Below, piece after piece: positions 11,182 to 22,737 of a stretch of 64,000 nt of DNA. The stretch is from Selaginella moellendorffii. Lineage: Eukaryota > Plantae > Lycopodiophyta. The translations under genes and the position numbers were made by a program. The DNA lies in the NCBI RefSeq assembly GCF_000143415.4, contig NW_003314266.1, positions 1,634,463-1,698,462 on the forward strand. Direction: 5' to 3'. Position 1 is the stretch's first letter, and each line of letters begins with the position of its first letter. The notes beneath the pieces were generated by a model. That model searched no databases. It was not told the origin of the DNA and saw nothing but the letters and a program-made list of their open reading frames with translations.

Positions 11182-13359
11182 ATGAATGAGAGAATTCTAA
11201 GTCGCGAGGAAATCTTCAATACTGTGAGGTCATGCAAAACTCTCTCGTCTGTCAATGCAGTCCATGCACAAATTCAACCAGCAGGCCATGCTAATGACGT
11301 CTTTCTCTGGAATCTTCTTATAGATGCATACGGGAGATTTGGTGACGCTGTGTCTGCTAGAAAGATTTTTGGCAATCTTGCCGGTAAGAACATATACTCA
11401 TGGTCTTTGATGCTCTCCGCATATGCCCGCAATGAGCATCTTGACTTGGCTGAGGAGGTATATGCTGCAATGCCTGAATGGAATCTTGTGTGCTGGAACA
11501 CACTCCTCACGGCTTACAAGCAGCATTCGCGTGTGGAATCGGCAAAGCTTCTCTTTGATTCCATCCAAGAAAGAACCCTCATGTCGTGGAATCTTCTCTT
11601 AACGGCATATACCCAAAATAGGTATCTTAAAGAGGCGAAGCTTCTCTTTGACAAAATGCCCGAGTGGGATCAAGTATCGTTTACGTCTATGCTGACTGGC
11701 TATGTCCGTACCTCAGACATTGGCCAAGCCAAAGCTCTGTACGAAAGCATGCCATACTGGGACTTGGTAGTGTCAACAGCCATGCTCTCTGCATATTCTC
11801 TGGCAGGGCATCTGGAAGATGCGGAGAGCATTTTCTACAGGATGCAAGAGTGGAATCTCGTGTCTTGGAACGCAATTTTATCAGCATATTCTCGGCATGG
11901 CTGTCTAGACGTTGCCAGGAAAATCTTTGATGGCATGAGAGAGAGTAATATCATATCTTGGAATGCCTTGCTCTCGGCATATGCCCTCAAAGGCCATGTC
12001 AAGCAAGCCAAGCTAGTTTTTGATTCCATGCTTGAGTGGAATTTAATTTCTTGGACTACAATGTTGACAGGGTATTGTCTAAACGGCTGCCTAGAAGAAG
12101 CCAAGCTTGTTTTCGACAGTATGAAAGAGCGAGATTTGGTATCGTGGAATGCCATGCTCTCGGGATATTCCCTAAACGGGCATTTGTCTCTGGCCGTAGA
12201 TCTCTTTCACAGAATGAACGAATGGGATCTCGTGTCGTGGAACACACTGCTCACTGCGTACGTACAGTCCGGAAGCATAGATGATGCGAAGAATCTCTTC
12301 GACTCAATGCCCGCGAGAGACATCGTATCGTGGAACGCAATCCTTGCCGCGTTTGCCCAGCGAGGGAATCTGTGCAAAGCGAAAGAAGTGTACGATGCAA
12401 TGAAAGTGCACGGACTGATCCCGTGTACGACACTGATCACCGCGTACGGAGAGACTGGGAATCTCAAAGAATCGAAAGGTATCTTTGATTCTATGCCCCA
12501 ACAGGACCTTGCATCGCACAACTCATTGCTCTCCGCATTTGCCCAGAACGGGCATTTGGAGGAGGCCAAGGCACTGTTTGACACAATGCGGGAGTGGAAC
12601 CTGGTGTCGTACACCGCGCTTCTAAACGGCCACGCCCTGTACGGCAGCCTGGACGAGGCGCGGCGGGTGTTTGACTCGATGCACGACCACGACCTCGTCG
12701 CGTTGACCTCGATGATCTCGGCGTACTCGGTCAACGGGCACGTACGGGAGGCGGCGGCGCTGTTCAAGAGCATGCACGAGAGGAATCTGTTTACGTGGAA
12801 CGCAATGCTATCCGCATATGCCCGAAACGGGCATATACTGAAGGCGAAGGAACTGTTCGATGGAATGCCGGAGCATGACTTGATCGCTTGGAACGCCCTC
12901 CTCGTCGGCTACGCTCAAGCTGGCGAATTCGATCTTGCATCGCAATCCTTCCGCGAGATGAGCGCGGTGGCGATGCCGGACGAGAGCTGCTTTGTTTGCG
13001 GCTTGCTGGCTTGCAGCCACGCTGGAGACGCCGCATCCTGCTTGAGCCTGTTCGTGTCGATGACGTTTGATTTCGGGAGGATCCCGGCCAAGCAGCACTT
13101 CTCGCTCATGGTTGACGCGCTCTGTCGATCGGGTTACCTCAAGGAGGCCGAGGATCTGATCGAGAGCATGCCCTTTGTTCCCGACGAGGTGGATTGGAAG
13201 TGCGTCCTCGCTGCGAGATCGAGGCAAAAGACGAGCAAGAACTCGCGACTCGACCAGGCGTTTGCATCAAAGAGGGTTCTCGAGCTGGATCCACAAAACC
13301 CAGCCGGGTATGTCTTCCTTGCGATCAACATGGAGAACGCGGCTATCTCAAGCTTGTAA
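11182..13359 (+). CDS. PLS-class PPR protein (many 31-aa short motifs, partial E domain, no DYW)
   Basis: Intronless ORF from first ATG 11182. Repeated MPEWNLVSWNAILSAY-type units, then LLACSHAG, MVDALCRSG, MPFVPDEVDW and LELDPQNPAGYVFLA. Confidence 0.93.
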   Translation: MNERILSREEIFNTVRSCKTLSSVNAVHAQIQPAGHANDVFLWNLLIDAYGRFGDAVSARKIFGNLAGKNIYSWSLMLSAYARNEHLDLAEEVYAAMPEWNLVCWNTLLTAYKQHSRVESAKLLFDSIQERTLMSWNLLLTAYTQNRYLKEAKLLFDKMPEWDQVSFTSMLTGYVRTSDIGQAKALYESMPYWDLVVSTAMLSAYSLAGHLEDAESIFYRMQEWNLVSWNAILSAYSRHGCLDVARKIFDGMRESNIISWNALLSAYALKGHVKQAKLVFDSMLEWNLISWTTMLTGYCLNGCLEEAKLVFDSMKERDLVSWNAMLSGYSLNGHLSLAVDLFHRMNEWDLVSWNTLLTAYVQSGSIDDAKNLFDSMPARDIVSWNAILAAFAQRGNLCKAKEVYDAMKVHGLIPCTTLITAYGETGNLKESKGIFDSMPQQDLASHNSLLSAFAQNGHLEEAKALFDTMREWNLVSYTALLNGHALYGSLDEARRVFDSMHDHDLVALTSMISAYSVNGHVREAAALFKSMHERNLFTWNAMLSAYARNGHILKAKELFDGMPEHDLIAWNALLVGYAQAGEFDLASQSFREMSAVAMPDESCFVCGLLACSHAGDAASCLSLFVSMTFDFGRIPAKQHFSLMVDALCRSGYLKEAEDLIESMPFVPDEVDWKCVLAARSRQKTSKNSRLDQAFASKRVLELDPQNPAGYVFLAINMENAAISSL

Positions 13360-13447
13360 GCATATAGAACAATCGAATCGATAACTTACTATAACACATT
13401 TATGAGATTGATGGAACAAATCCAAGGAAACGTTGTCCCAGAGAATT

Positions 13448-14656
13448 TCAGCTCTCTTTCAGCGCGAAGCTTGCGGTGGAGCAAATTGCGCCGGCACTGG
13501 CAGCCAGAGTGACTGTCCGGTTGATCTGAGACTCACTGCTTCACTCAAATGGTGTTAGAAAAGATCTCTAATGCGAGTGTGAGATGTCTCACCTTAGAAC
13601 AGGCGGAGGAGCGCTCAGCTGTTGCGAGAAGTGATGGACGCGACCGGCAAACTTCTCTACGTCAAAATTCTCGTCGGGTGGAGCGACGCAGTGTCTTTGC
13701 ATCTCTTGGACTTTCCTAATGGTGTTTTCCTGCAGGGAAAGCAAAACAAGCTCGTGGTGAGATAGAACTCATAGATAGATAGATATTTCACGGAATGAGA
13801 ATCGATTAGACTCACCAGGTTGGAGCCCTCTGCCGCAAGAGTAGCGTCCATGTTCATAAACATTTGCATCCATTGACCGTCCCGTCCGATGTGACCGGAA
13901 ACAATGACGCCGCGAACATTTCTCCTGCTCCTTTTCAAGGCTGGGAAGAAAAACGAAAGCACAGAAAATCACGATCCATCCCACGTTACAGAAATAAAGT
14001 AGCTGACCAGCTAGCCGTCCCTTCAAGTCGAGGTGGAGAAGCTCCAGCCAGCGAGATGCTACACTCACGGCTGCACAAAAGGCGAGAAGAAAACAGGAAG
14101 AGAAGTTTAGCACCTTTACGAAGAAACAAGAACACCATCGCCAAACATACCTGCGCTTGCGAACAATGGTGTCACAGCGGCCGCAGAAACATAGTTGTTA
14201 TCCTCCGGTTTCCTCTTCCTAGAACTAATTTGCGCCAAAGGGAAAGAATTCTCCTTGTCATGGCCCTTGTTGTCATCTTCTTCTCCTTCTCTACTTTGAT
14301 CCCTTGCTACATTCGACTTCTCGCCGCTGGAGCAAGACTCCAGCGCCAGGAACAGCAAATCCATACTGCTACCGCCTTCAGACTGCGTCACGAGAGCCAG
14401 GGTTGTATGGAATCGAATCGATCCCAATCTAAATCCAAGAGCTTACCAGTGGCGCGAGAGGCTTTCTTGCCGCGGTGTTGACAGTATTGACGCAGCAGCT
14501 CGCCAGTGGCTTCATTCGCCCGCCGTGCACGCCATCGTCTTCCTCGTCGCTCTCCACGGCGATGCGGCTACTCGCTCGAGGCCGAGATCTCTCTCGCCTG
14601 GCCACCGAATGGAGGCGATTCGAGCGGCCCCCAGCAATGCCAGCAGCAGCCACCAT
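13448..14656 (-). CDS. Uncharacterised conserved plant protein (UCP030365; At5g05240/At2g40630-like C-terminal domain)
   Basis: Spliced exons give SVASRWLELLHLDLKGRLAALKRSRRNVRGVI, WMQMFMNMDATLAAEGSNL, RKVQEMQRHC and a terminal TLAASAGAICSTASF* (TGA 13448-13450). This resembles the conserved domain of the family as recalled. Confidence 0.65.
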
Positions 14657-14907
14657 AGCCTCGCGCCTGGAAGACCAACCCTAGCAAAGGGAATGCGCGC
14701 CAGAACGCTAAACCCTAGCCTGGGGAGCGCGTATCAAAATCTAGCCGCCACTAGAGGGAACTCATTTCAAATGCTGCTGTGAGGGAAACCGGCTACTGGC
14801 GGTGATGGTGACCGGATGTGCCGGTAAAAGAAACGGAATCAAATGGCATATTCTCAAGGGACCAAATTATTCTCATGAAGTTTTAGGGTTTGTGAATAGC
14901 GGGGGCG

Positions 14908-15772
14908 ATGGGCGACTTCAAGTTCCCATATTTCTTTGATTATCCGCCTTACTTCACGTAATCGTGTGATTTCCCTGTTGCTCGTGTGCGCCTTACCAAG
15001 ATTTGTTTTTTTTTTCTGGATTTTTTTCTACTTTTTTTCTTGATGAAAGATTGCAGCCGGTCCAAGACACCAGAGAAAAGCAAATGCAGCTATGGAAGGA
15101 GCTCATTCTCAGGTATTGCCAACACCACAAGTGTTTCATCATCAATCTAGAACAGGAGTTCCCTCTATTCCAGAATTTGAGCATCCAGAGTATGTCGCTT
15201 CGCTCTTCTTGTAATTTTTCCTCAGGATGTTCTTGTGATTTCTCGTGATTGATCACAGGAAAACTTAGTTTTGAAGCTCGAGAGATGTTTCTAGCAGCTC
15301 TGGTTGCCGAAGGTATGTTCCTCTTTATTTTTCCTCTTGAGTCTCTCATTTCACTTTTACAAACACAGGGAAAGCCGAGTGGCTCGACAAAGCACATAAG
15401 AAGTGCCTCGTTCTCTGGCGGTCGATTCAGGAGTGGAGCGAGATGATCTTGCAGCTTGTAAGCCAAACACTCCTGTTTGCTAAGATCGTTTCCTCTTGAA
15501 CTTCCGCAGGTTAGAGACAATGCAATGGAGGATGGAGTTCTAACGCTCGACGAGATCCAGTCAGGGGATGAAAGCCGTGGAACTGGTAAGGAGTTTTGCC
15601 ACTAGTTTTGTGATCTCCTCGCTTTGGTTTTTTCTTCGTCCGCGTAGAGCTAGCTGGGATCGATCGTTTCGTGCTGGTGCGAGCACTGAAGCTCCTCGAG
15701 CAACGCGGCAAAGCGGCCATGTTTAAAGGCAAGGCTGGAGACGACGAGGGCGTCAAATTCAGTGCTTCATAG
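14908..15772 (+). CDS. VPS25: ESCRT-II subunit VPS25 (6 exons)
   Basis: MGDFKFPYFFDYPPYFT|LQPVQDTREKQMQLWKELIL...|RKLSFEAREMFL...|GKAEWLDK..LVLWRSIQEW...|ELAGIDRFVLVRALKLLEQRGKA...DEGVKF*. Contains the PPxFT motif; ATG 14908, TAG 15770-15772. Confidence 0.95.
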
Positions 15773-15971
15773 CGTTTGCTAGGAAAAAAACAAATTAAAA
15801 AAAGGAATTATTAATTAAAGACACAAAAAAATCGTTTAAAAAAAAGAACCCTTTCCATAAAAAGGTGGTAAGGGTTCATTCATTATTCCCTTTTGGATAG
15901 CCTAGTATAAATAGGGGAGAAACATTAGTCGTATCCTAAAGAAAAGAGAGAGAGAGAGAGAGAGAGCAGCC

Positions 15972-17306
15972 ATGGAATCCTTTGGAGCTTACACAGTTGG
16001 GGCAGAGCTGGAGCGTGAGGCCTACTGGCCAGAAGCCAAGCTCCGGATTTGCATCACCGGTGCTGGAGGATTCATAGCATCGCACATTGCACGGCGGCTC
16101 AAAGCCGAAGGCCACTATATAATTGCGTCCGACTGGAAGAAAAACGAACACATGAGCGAGGATATGTTCTGCCATGAGTTCCATCTCGTGGATCTGCGCG
16201 TCATGGACAATTGCATGGTGGTGACAAAGGGCGCGGATCACGTCTTCAATCTCGCGGCCGACATGGGCGGGATGGGTTTCATCCAGTCGAATCACTCAGT
16301 CATCCTTTTCAACAATACCATGATCAGCTTCAACATGCTCGAGGCCTCCCGAATCAATGGAGTCAAAAGGTGTGGATTCTTCTTTTTGTTCTGAGAATTT
16401 GGAGCTCACTTTTCCTTTTGGCTTGCAGATTCTTTTACGCGTCCAGCGCATGCATCTATCCGGAGTTCAAACAGCTAGAAACGAACGTGAGTCTCAAAGA
16501 AGGCGATGCATGGCCGGCAGAGGTATGTGAAAGAAAGAAATCCTTTCTTTCTGATCTGGAAGTTCTAAAACTCTTGTTTTCCTTGCAGCCCCAAGATGCC
16601 TATGGGCTGGAGAAGCTGTGCACCGAAGAGCTGTGCAAGCACTACACCAAGGATTTTGGAATCGAGTGCCGGATTGGGCGCTTCCACAACATCTACGGGC
16701 CTTTTGGTACCTGGAAAGGTGAGCTTAGATTCTTGGAGCTTCCTTTTTCTTCTCTTGCTCGAAGCTTAGAGTGTGATGGGTGACTGACAAATCGATCTCA
16801 CAGGCGGACGAGAGAAGGCTCCAGCCGCGTTTTGTCGCAAGGCCCTGACTTCCACCGACAAATTCGAGATGTGGGGCGATGGTATGCAGACGCGATCCTT
16901 CACGTTCATCGACGAGTGCGTGGAGGGCGTCTTGCGACTCACCAAGTCCGACTTCCGGGAGCCGCTCAACATCGGCAGCGACGAGATGGTGAGCATGAAC
17001 GAGATGGCGGAGATGATCCTGGGCTTTGAAAACAAGCAAATTCCAATCCAGCACATCCCCGGGCCGGAGGGAGTCCGCGGAAGGAACTCGGACAACAGTC
17101 TGATCAAGGAGAAGCTGGGCTGGGCTCCCTCGATGCGACTGAGAGATGGGCTGCGAATCACCTACATGTGGATCAAGGAGCAACTTGAAAGGGAGATGGC
17201 GGAGGGATCACACGACTTGGCGGCAGCTTACAGCTCCTCCAAGGTTGTGGGAACTCAAGCTCCAGTCCAGCTCGGCTCACTCAGGAAGGCCGATGGAAAG
17301 GAATGA
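15972..17306 (+). CDS. GME: GDP-mannose 3,5-epimerase (4 exons)
   Basis: ITGAGGFIASHIARRLK, FNLAADMGGMGFIQSNHS, FFYASSACIYPEFKQL, AYGLEKL, GGREKAPAAFCRK, C-terminal SSKVVGTQAPVQLGSLRKADGKE. Confidence 0.97.
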
Positions 17307-17390
17307 TGAATTCCTGACTTGCATAGGTTTCTTACAAAGAAACACAGAAAGTTGACTAAAATTTGACTGTTCACCAAATGTCCTAAGAAA

Positions 17391-17815
17391 CCACTTCTAA
17401 ATGTAATTCTAACTCGCCTTGGGGATAGTATATCTCATCTGTGAAGTTCTATCTGCTTCTCCACTAAGAATCTAGAACAAGAGACGAAGAAATCCATTTT
17501 TTATCTGGTAACAAGGAGAGAATAGATGCGCTTCACCTGAAGCGATTGTTTGCTTCAATAGGATTTTATGACACTCGTCACTTGAACGTCATGTAGCATT
17601 CTCCACACATGCTTACGTTGAATATCATGGTGCCTGAGAGCTACGATCTTGAATAGGGACAGAAACAAGCAAGAACAAATGGAAACTCCCGCGAGTTCAT
17701 CTTGTTAGGGAGCTAGAAGTGGGATGCTTCGCATTCGCTCCATGATCGGTACAACGTGTGGCTTCTCGATCTTTAGACCTAGGTTCCTGCATTGATATTC
17801 ACCAATCTAAAACCA
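17391..17815 (-). pseudogene. Decayed tandem copy of the 3' half of the AlkB-family gene
   Basis: Shares CTTGAACGTCATGTAGCATTCTCCACACATGCTTA and GCTAGAAGTGGGATGCTTCGCATTCGCTCCATGATCGG with 18258-18514. Retains intron remnants but has many short deletions, including loss of the HVDD exon core. Confidence 0.85.
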
Positions 17816-18039
17816 CTGTTTGTGTTGCGTGTTGCGAAAAAGGTCCCATACGTCTTCATCTTTGTAACTCTGAAGCATCTAAGAACGATGTATCATTGCC
17901 TGCATTCTTTTTAGTTAAAAGTTAATATATTCAATTTCTCTCTTAAATTTGAAGAACTTTTGTGTACATAACAGCTCCTCCAAGGTTGTGGGAACTCAGA
18001 ATAAATACCATATACAATTGTGTGACTTGCATTTCTTGC

Positions 18040-19332
18040 TTAAGAAATCACCTCTCTAAACGTGATACTAACTCTCCTCGGTGATAACAAGTCCCGGTTC
18101 TCAATCTCATGTGTGAAGTTATATCTACTATCTCCGGTAAGTATCTAGAACAAGAGAAGAAAAAAATCCGATAAAATAGAAGACAGAAGTTTTGATTTAC
18201 CTGTAGAGATCGTTGCTTTAATCGGATTTTGTGGCACTCATACGCACCCCTTTCTCGCTTGAACGTCATGTAGCATTCTCCACACATGCTTAAGTTGACG
18301 ATCAATGTGCCTGAGAGCTAAAAACACTTGTGATCTTGAATAGGCAACGAGCAAGAACAAATGAAAGACAGCTGGAAAGGATTGAGAGAACCTGGCGATC
18401 ATCGACGTGAGGCCGCAGGAAGTGTCCGGATTCCCTAATATACTCCAGCGAGTTCATCTCGTTGGGGAAGAACTCGGCTAGAAGTGGGATGCTTCGCATT
18501 CGCTCCATGATCGGCTCCAGGACGTGTGGCATCTCAAACTTTGGAGCTAAGATTTTCCTGTGAACAAAAGCATTGATCTCCACAAATCTAAGACCAAAGA
18601 AAAACTCGGAAAACACAAGAAAAGAAAAAGAACAAACCTTTTGCCTAGAGCCATCACAAGGCCGTAAGACTTGCCATTGTTTAAGCCAGTGAAACTGTAA
18701 GGCTTCCAGAGATTCCTAGCATCCGAATCCATTGCAAAGATGAGCTTCTCCTCTTCCTGGGAGATCAAGTGCGTCAAGAGAAAATGGTCCAAAATCAAGG
18801 CTTACCTCGCAAGATATAAAGTTTTCAACGAGCTGGTATCCATTCATAACGGAAGGTTTGGGCTGGACACGCGAAGAAGAAAGTGCCACGAACACCGACG
18901 AACAAGAAGCTTGCTCGTCGAGACAAATGGTTTCTTCTCTTCCTGCCGATAGTAAAACCTTGAGCCCAAGTTGAGAAAAAAAGAAAAGAAAACAAAACAA
19001 GAGACTTGCCAGTGAGAGGTGTTTGCTTTTGAGACGCATTTCTAGCGGGCTTGCAATCCAGATCCAGATGCACATTTATCAGTGTGGTAGCCACCTTGAG
19101 CTGATAAACAAAATGGGATGAGTATTTGGACAATTTACTTAGAATTCAGCTGATAAGATTTATTCAACCTGGATTACTACCAAAAGAGAAATAAACTAAG
19201 AACCTGGCAAGCTGGGCACTCAACAAACGACGATGCCCCGGTGTTGACAAGCCTCTGTTGCTGAGGTGACGCCCTCGATGACGATTTCTTGAGCGCCCTC
19301 TTCTTGGGAGCTACCTTGCTAGTCGGCCGCAT
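18040..19332 (-). CDS. AlkB-family 2OG-Fe(II) dioxygenase (multi-exon)
   Basis: GYQLVENFISCEEEEKLI, FPNEMNSLEY..SGHFLRPHVDDRQ|LSGTLIVNLSM, RSLQILTGDSRYNFTHEI..RRVSITFR, i.e. the HxD...H...RxSxTFR signature. ATG 19332 (MRPTSKVAPKKRALKK); TAA 18040-18042. The 5' exon structure is less certain. Confidence 0.85.
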
Positions 19333-19556
19333 CGCCTACAGCCCTAAATTCTTGTGCATTTGAAACAAATGTGAGGCATGGAAGAAAAAATCCAAGCCGT
19401 GGAGGCACTTAAGGATACAAACTCTTTTGCTCAAGTCCAAGCCTGTAGAAGGACCCATGGATATTGGACAACAATCTCTGTTGAATCAAAATATAGTTTT
19501 GGAGAGTATTTGCATTGTTTTGAATTATCTTAGTGACAGATCAAATAAATAAATAA

Positions 19557-19627
19557 GCACTGCTGGTCTAGTGGTAGAATAGTTCCCTGCCACGGAACAG
19601 ACCCGGGTTCGATTCCCGGGCAGTGCA
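19557..19627 (+). tRNA. trnG-GCC: tRNA-Gly(GCC)
   Basis: GCACTGCTGGTCTAGTGGTAGAATAGTTCCCTGCCACGGAACAGACCCGGGTTCGATTCCCGGGCAGTGCA: acceptor stem GCACTGC/GCAGTGC, anticodon stem GTTCC/GGAAC, GCC anticodon, A and B boxes, T-rich terminator ~20 nt downstream. Confidence 0.96.
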
Positions 19628-20457
19628 GGTCACGGTCACATTGCATAGTTTTGTTTTCGGGCAGTTTTCCAATGGTTGTTGCGAAACATTAACAAATGTC
19701 AAAATGTGGCCTACAGCTGCAACCATGAGAAGAAAAAGGAGAACAAAAGCTCAGTCGGTCAATCCCCGCGCAGTCTTGTATATGCTGCTCTGCAGCTGCA
19801 TCACGTACGCAATGCGACAAGGAAGAAAACAATGGCACACATAACCGCACGTCGGCTTAATCTATATACTTTCTCGCTTTCAATGCAAGCAGCATAGAAA
19901 AATGCATGAGAGCAAACAGGAGAGGCACTCCTTCCACATGCACTCCACGCCAGAAAAGCACGGCAAATGCAAGCATTCGAACAAGAGAAAGGCTGCAAAT
20001 TTTCAAGCAAACCAGCGACAAGCCCTCACAGGCGGACTGACTATGAGCAAGTTGCAACACAGCGCATGAAGCCTTACAGCAGAGGAAACAAAAAAACGAG
20101 GAAAGAATATTAAAACAATCAGCGAGAGAGTAAAAAGAAATAGAGACATACACTACCTATTGTTATATGTTACATCATCCCAGTCTTCTTCACGCATTAC
20201 AGGAGGAGAAAAAAATACATCTGTAGAAAGAAAGGCACAATGAGAAAGAGGTTTGACAAACGTTGTAATTAATGCGTAACATCGCAGTCACAGGCACAGG
20301 CACTTGCGTGGAGTACAAGCGGGAGATGCGACGAGTGGAGGGAATATATGATCGGGATCCACACGGAAGCACAACAGGAACGCACAACAGGAAGCATGAA
20401 AGATGGAAAGAAAGCACTCAGTCGATATAAGTACCTTAGAAGTTGCGTCGTTTAGAG

Positions 20458-22737
20458 TCAGTGAGCGGTGGAGGCGCTGCGGTTATGTTGGCCTTGCTGC
20501 TTCATCGTCTGCTTCGCTGAAATCTCTGCCGAGAATGGCACCCCCGGCTCCACCTTCTCGTGTGAGTTGGAGACCTGGCTCTTGGCTGTCTTGCAACCGA
20601 AGCGTCGAGAAACCAGCCCAAACGGCCCCTTCCCCCCCTTTCCCAGCTTCTCAATCTCCTGCCGCATCGTCGTGCATTCCTTCTCAAGCTCCACCACCCG
20701 GCTCCTCATTCTGTCCATGTCCACCTTGAGGACCTGGTTCTCGCGGATCACGCTGGCCCAGCCGTTTTGCAAGCTCGAGTGACCAACGCCGCCAGCGTTT
20801 TCCACCAGGTGCGAGGAGCGCAGGGGCCTCGACTGATCGACGTTGTCGGCAACAAGGAAGCAGCCGGCGATGGCGGTCCGCAACTGGAGCTGCTCGAAAA
20901 AGAGGACTTGCACCACCACCCGGAGTGGCAGCCGCTCGTTCTGCGCCGCATGAGTGCACGCCTCCAGGGAGAGCTTTTGGCAGTCCATAATTCGGCAGAT
21001 GCGCTCTCGCTCGTGCTCCAAAAGCCATGGATGTGCCTGAAAAGTATTCCCAGCTAGTAAGTATATCGCTCTCCACTATTGGACTTTTATCATCATGAAG
21101 TTCACGAATTGCGAATCCAGCAAGCAACGTACCTTCAAATAAATATCGATCGCCCTGTACAGCCCATCGTCCATAAGTCTGGCGTACTCTGGTAGACATT
21201 CTGCGAGCGATTGGAACTTGGCCGGTTTCAAGTTGACATCCGGAGCAACCTCGGCGAGATAGTTATCCATCTGCTTGGCCACCATCATCATCGGACTCAG
21301 CTGCGGCGACCCGATCAACGGGCCATCTTCGAAGGACTGAATCGACGAAGAGGTTGCACGAGCTTGGTCCATCATAAGAAAATGGTCAAGTATCCGCTGT
21401 ACCGTATCGATGTCATACAGCGTCTCCACTGTGTACGAGTAATTGGGCATGAGGAGATCGTCGAGACTTGCCTGTTCCATCTGCTGGCCGATCCTCCTCT
21501 CGAGGCTGCTCTTGCAGTCCGCATTAGCCGAAAGTATCATCGCGATCCGGAGCAGGCCGAACAGGAACCTGGTCGAGACGACGCCTTTCTGGAGGGGCAG
21601 CAAGCTCTCAATCGTCTCCAAAAGAACCTTTTGCTCGTTCTCCGATAGAGCATTCGTCACCGGAACGATGGACAAGTTCCCACTTTCTCGCCCGTCCTGT
21701 CTCCGACTTAGTCCCGGGAGCTGCTTCTTTGCATAGTACATGAGCGCTCCCGCGATCGCGTCCCCCCGGATCCCCTTGGCTTCCATTGCAGAGATCACCC
21801 TCTCGTAGAGCGGAAGACTGAGCAGCGAAACATCCTCATACCACCAATCCGACCTCGGGTTCTTCGGCTTTGCCCCTGTGCTTATCCCGTTCCAGAGAAC
21901 ACTCCCCCCGGGACTCTGCATTGAGCCGCTCTGCTCCATCACCGGCCACCCAAACAGCGCTGGATCGGTGCAAGCTTTGCTGGCGATGGAGTCGATGCAT
22001 CGTTTGACGATCCCGAGCTCCTCGGCCTGCTGGAACACGTCCTCGCAGCTCTGGAGCGCCCGGACCGAGTCCTTCCAGCTCTTGAGAACCACCTGGTTGA
22101 GGAAACTATCGATCTTGGCGATAAGGTTCCCTTCCACATACTCCTCGGTCATCTCCAGGTACTCGGCGGCGCACCTCAGCGCCACCGCATTGGCCGAAGT
22201 GAGCTCCACCTTGACGGCGTAGCAAAACTTGGCGGCGAGCTCGAAGGTCTCGGCGCCGCCGGGGACGCCAGGAAGAACGATTCGATTTCCATCGCCCGCG
22301 TCGTCATCTAGGAGCTCGGCGACTAGCCGCGTCAATCTGCCGCTCCTGGACATGAGCGGGAACTGGGAAGAGAGGAAAGATTCGTGAGACTAGCACTAGA
22401 ACTAGAATGAAATTGCGCGAACCTTGTGGAGGTGGAACGTCATCTCCTCCACCTCGATGACGATGTCGCTCGGAAGTCCCGTCGTGCAAAACCTGCCGTC
22501 CAACAAACGTTTGATGAGACCACTCGCCTCCCTCAGCAAGAAGATTTCCAGCGGCATCGCGCAGCCACTGGAGCAAGGGAAATCCGGAGAAAGAATGGAA
22601 GACGATCTAGATTACGATCGATCGGAGAGGAGGTATTTCGTGCAATGCATGAAGAATCGAAGAGCTAGAGCGCCTTACCATGCCTGCCCCCTTCTCTGGA
22701 AGCCGTCCGCCTTGGATCCGAGCTTCATACACGCCAT
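20458..22737 (-). CDS. BTB/POZ-NPH3 (NRL family) protein, At1g30440-like (4 exons)
   Basis: MACMKLGSKADGFQRRGQAW|FCTTGLPSDIVIEVEEMTFHLHK|FPLMSRSG, PGGAETFELAAKFCY, DWWYED, DDGLYRAIDIYLK|AHPWL, CQKLSLEACTHAAQNERLPLRVVVQVLFFEQ. Confidence 0.96.

Noticed and set aside
9207-13359. Local PPR mRNAs as targets of the miRNA at 3499-3519
   Set aside because: I found no convincing complementary site by eye; needs psRNATarget.
19628-19720. Dicistronic tRNA-Gly-snoRNA as in Arabidopsis
   Set aside because: A T-rich terminator follows within ~25 nt and no C/D boxes are visible.
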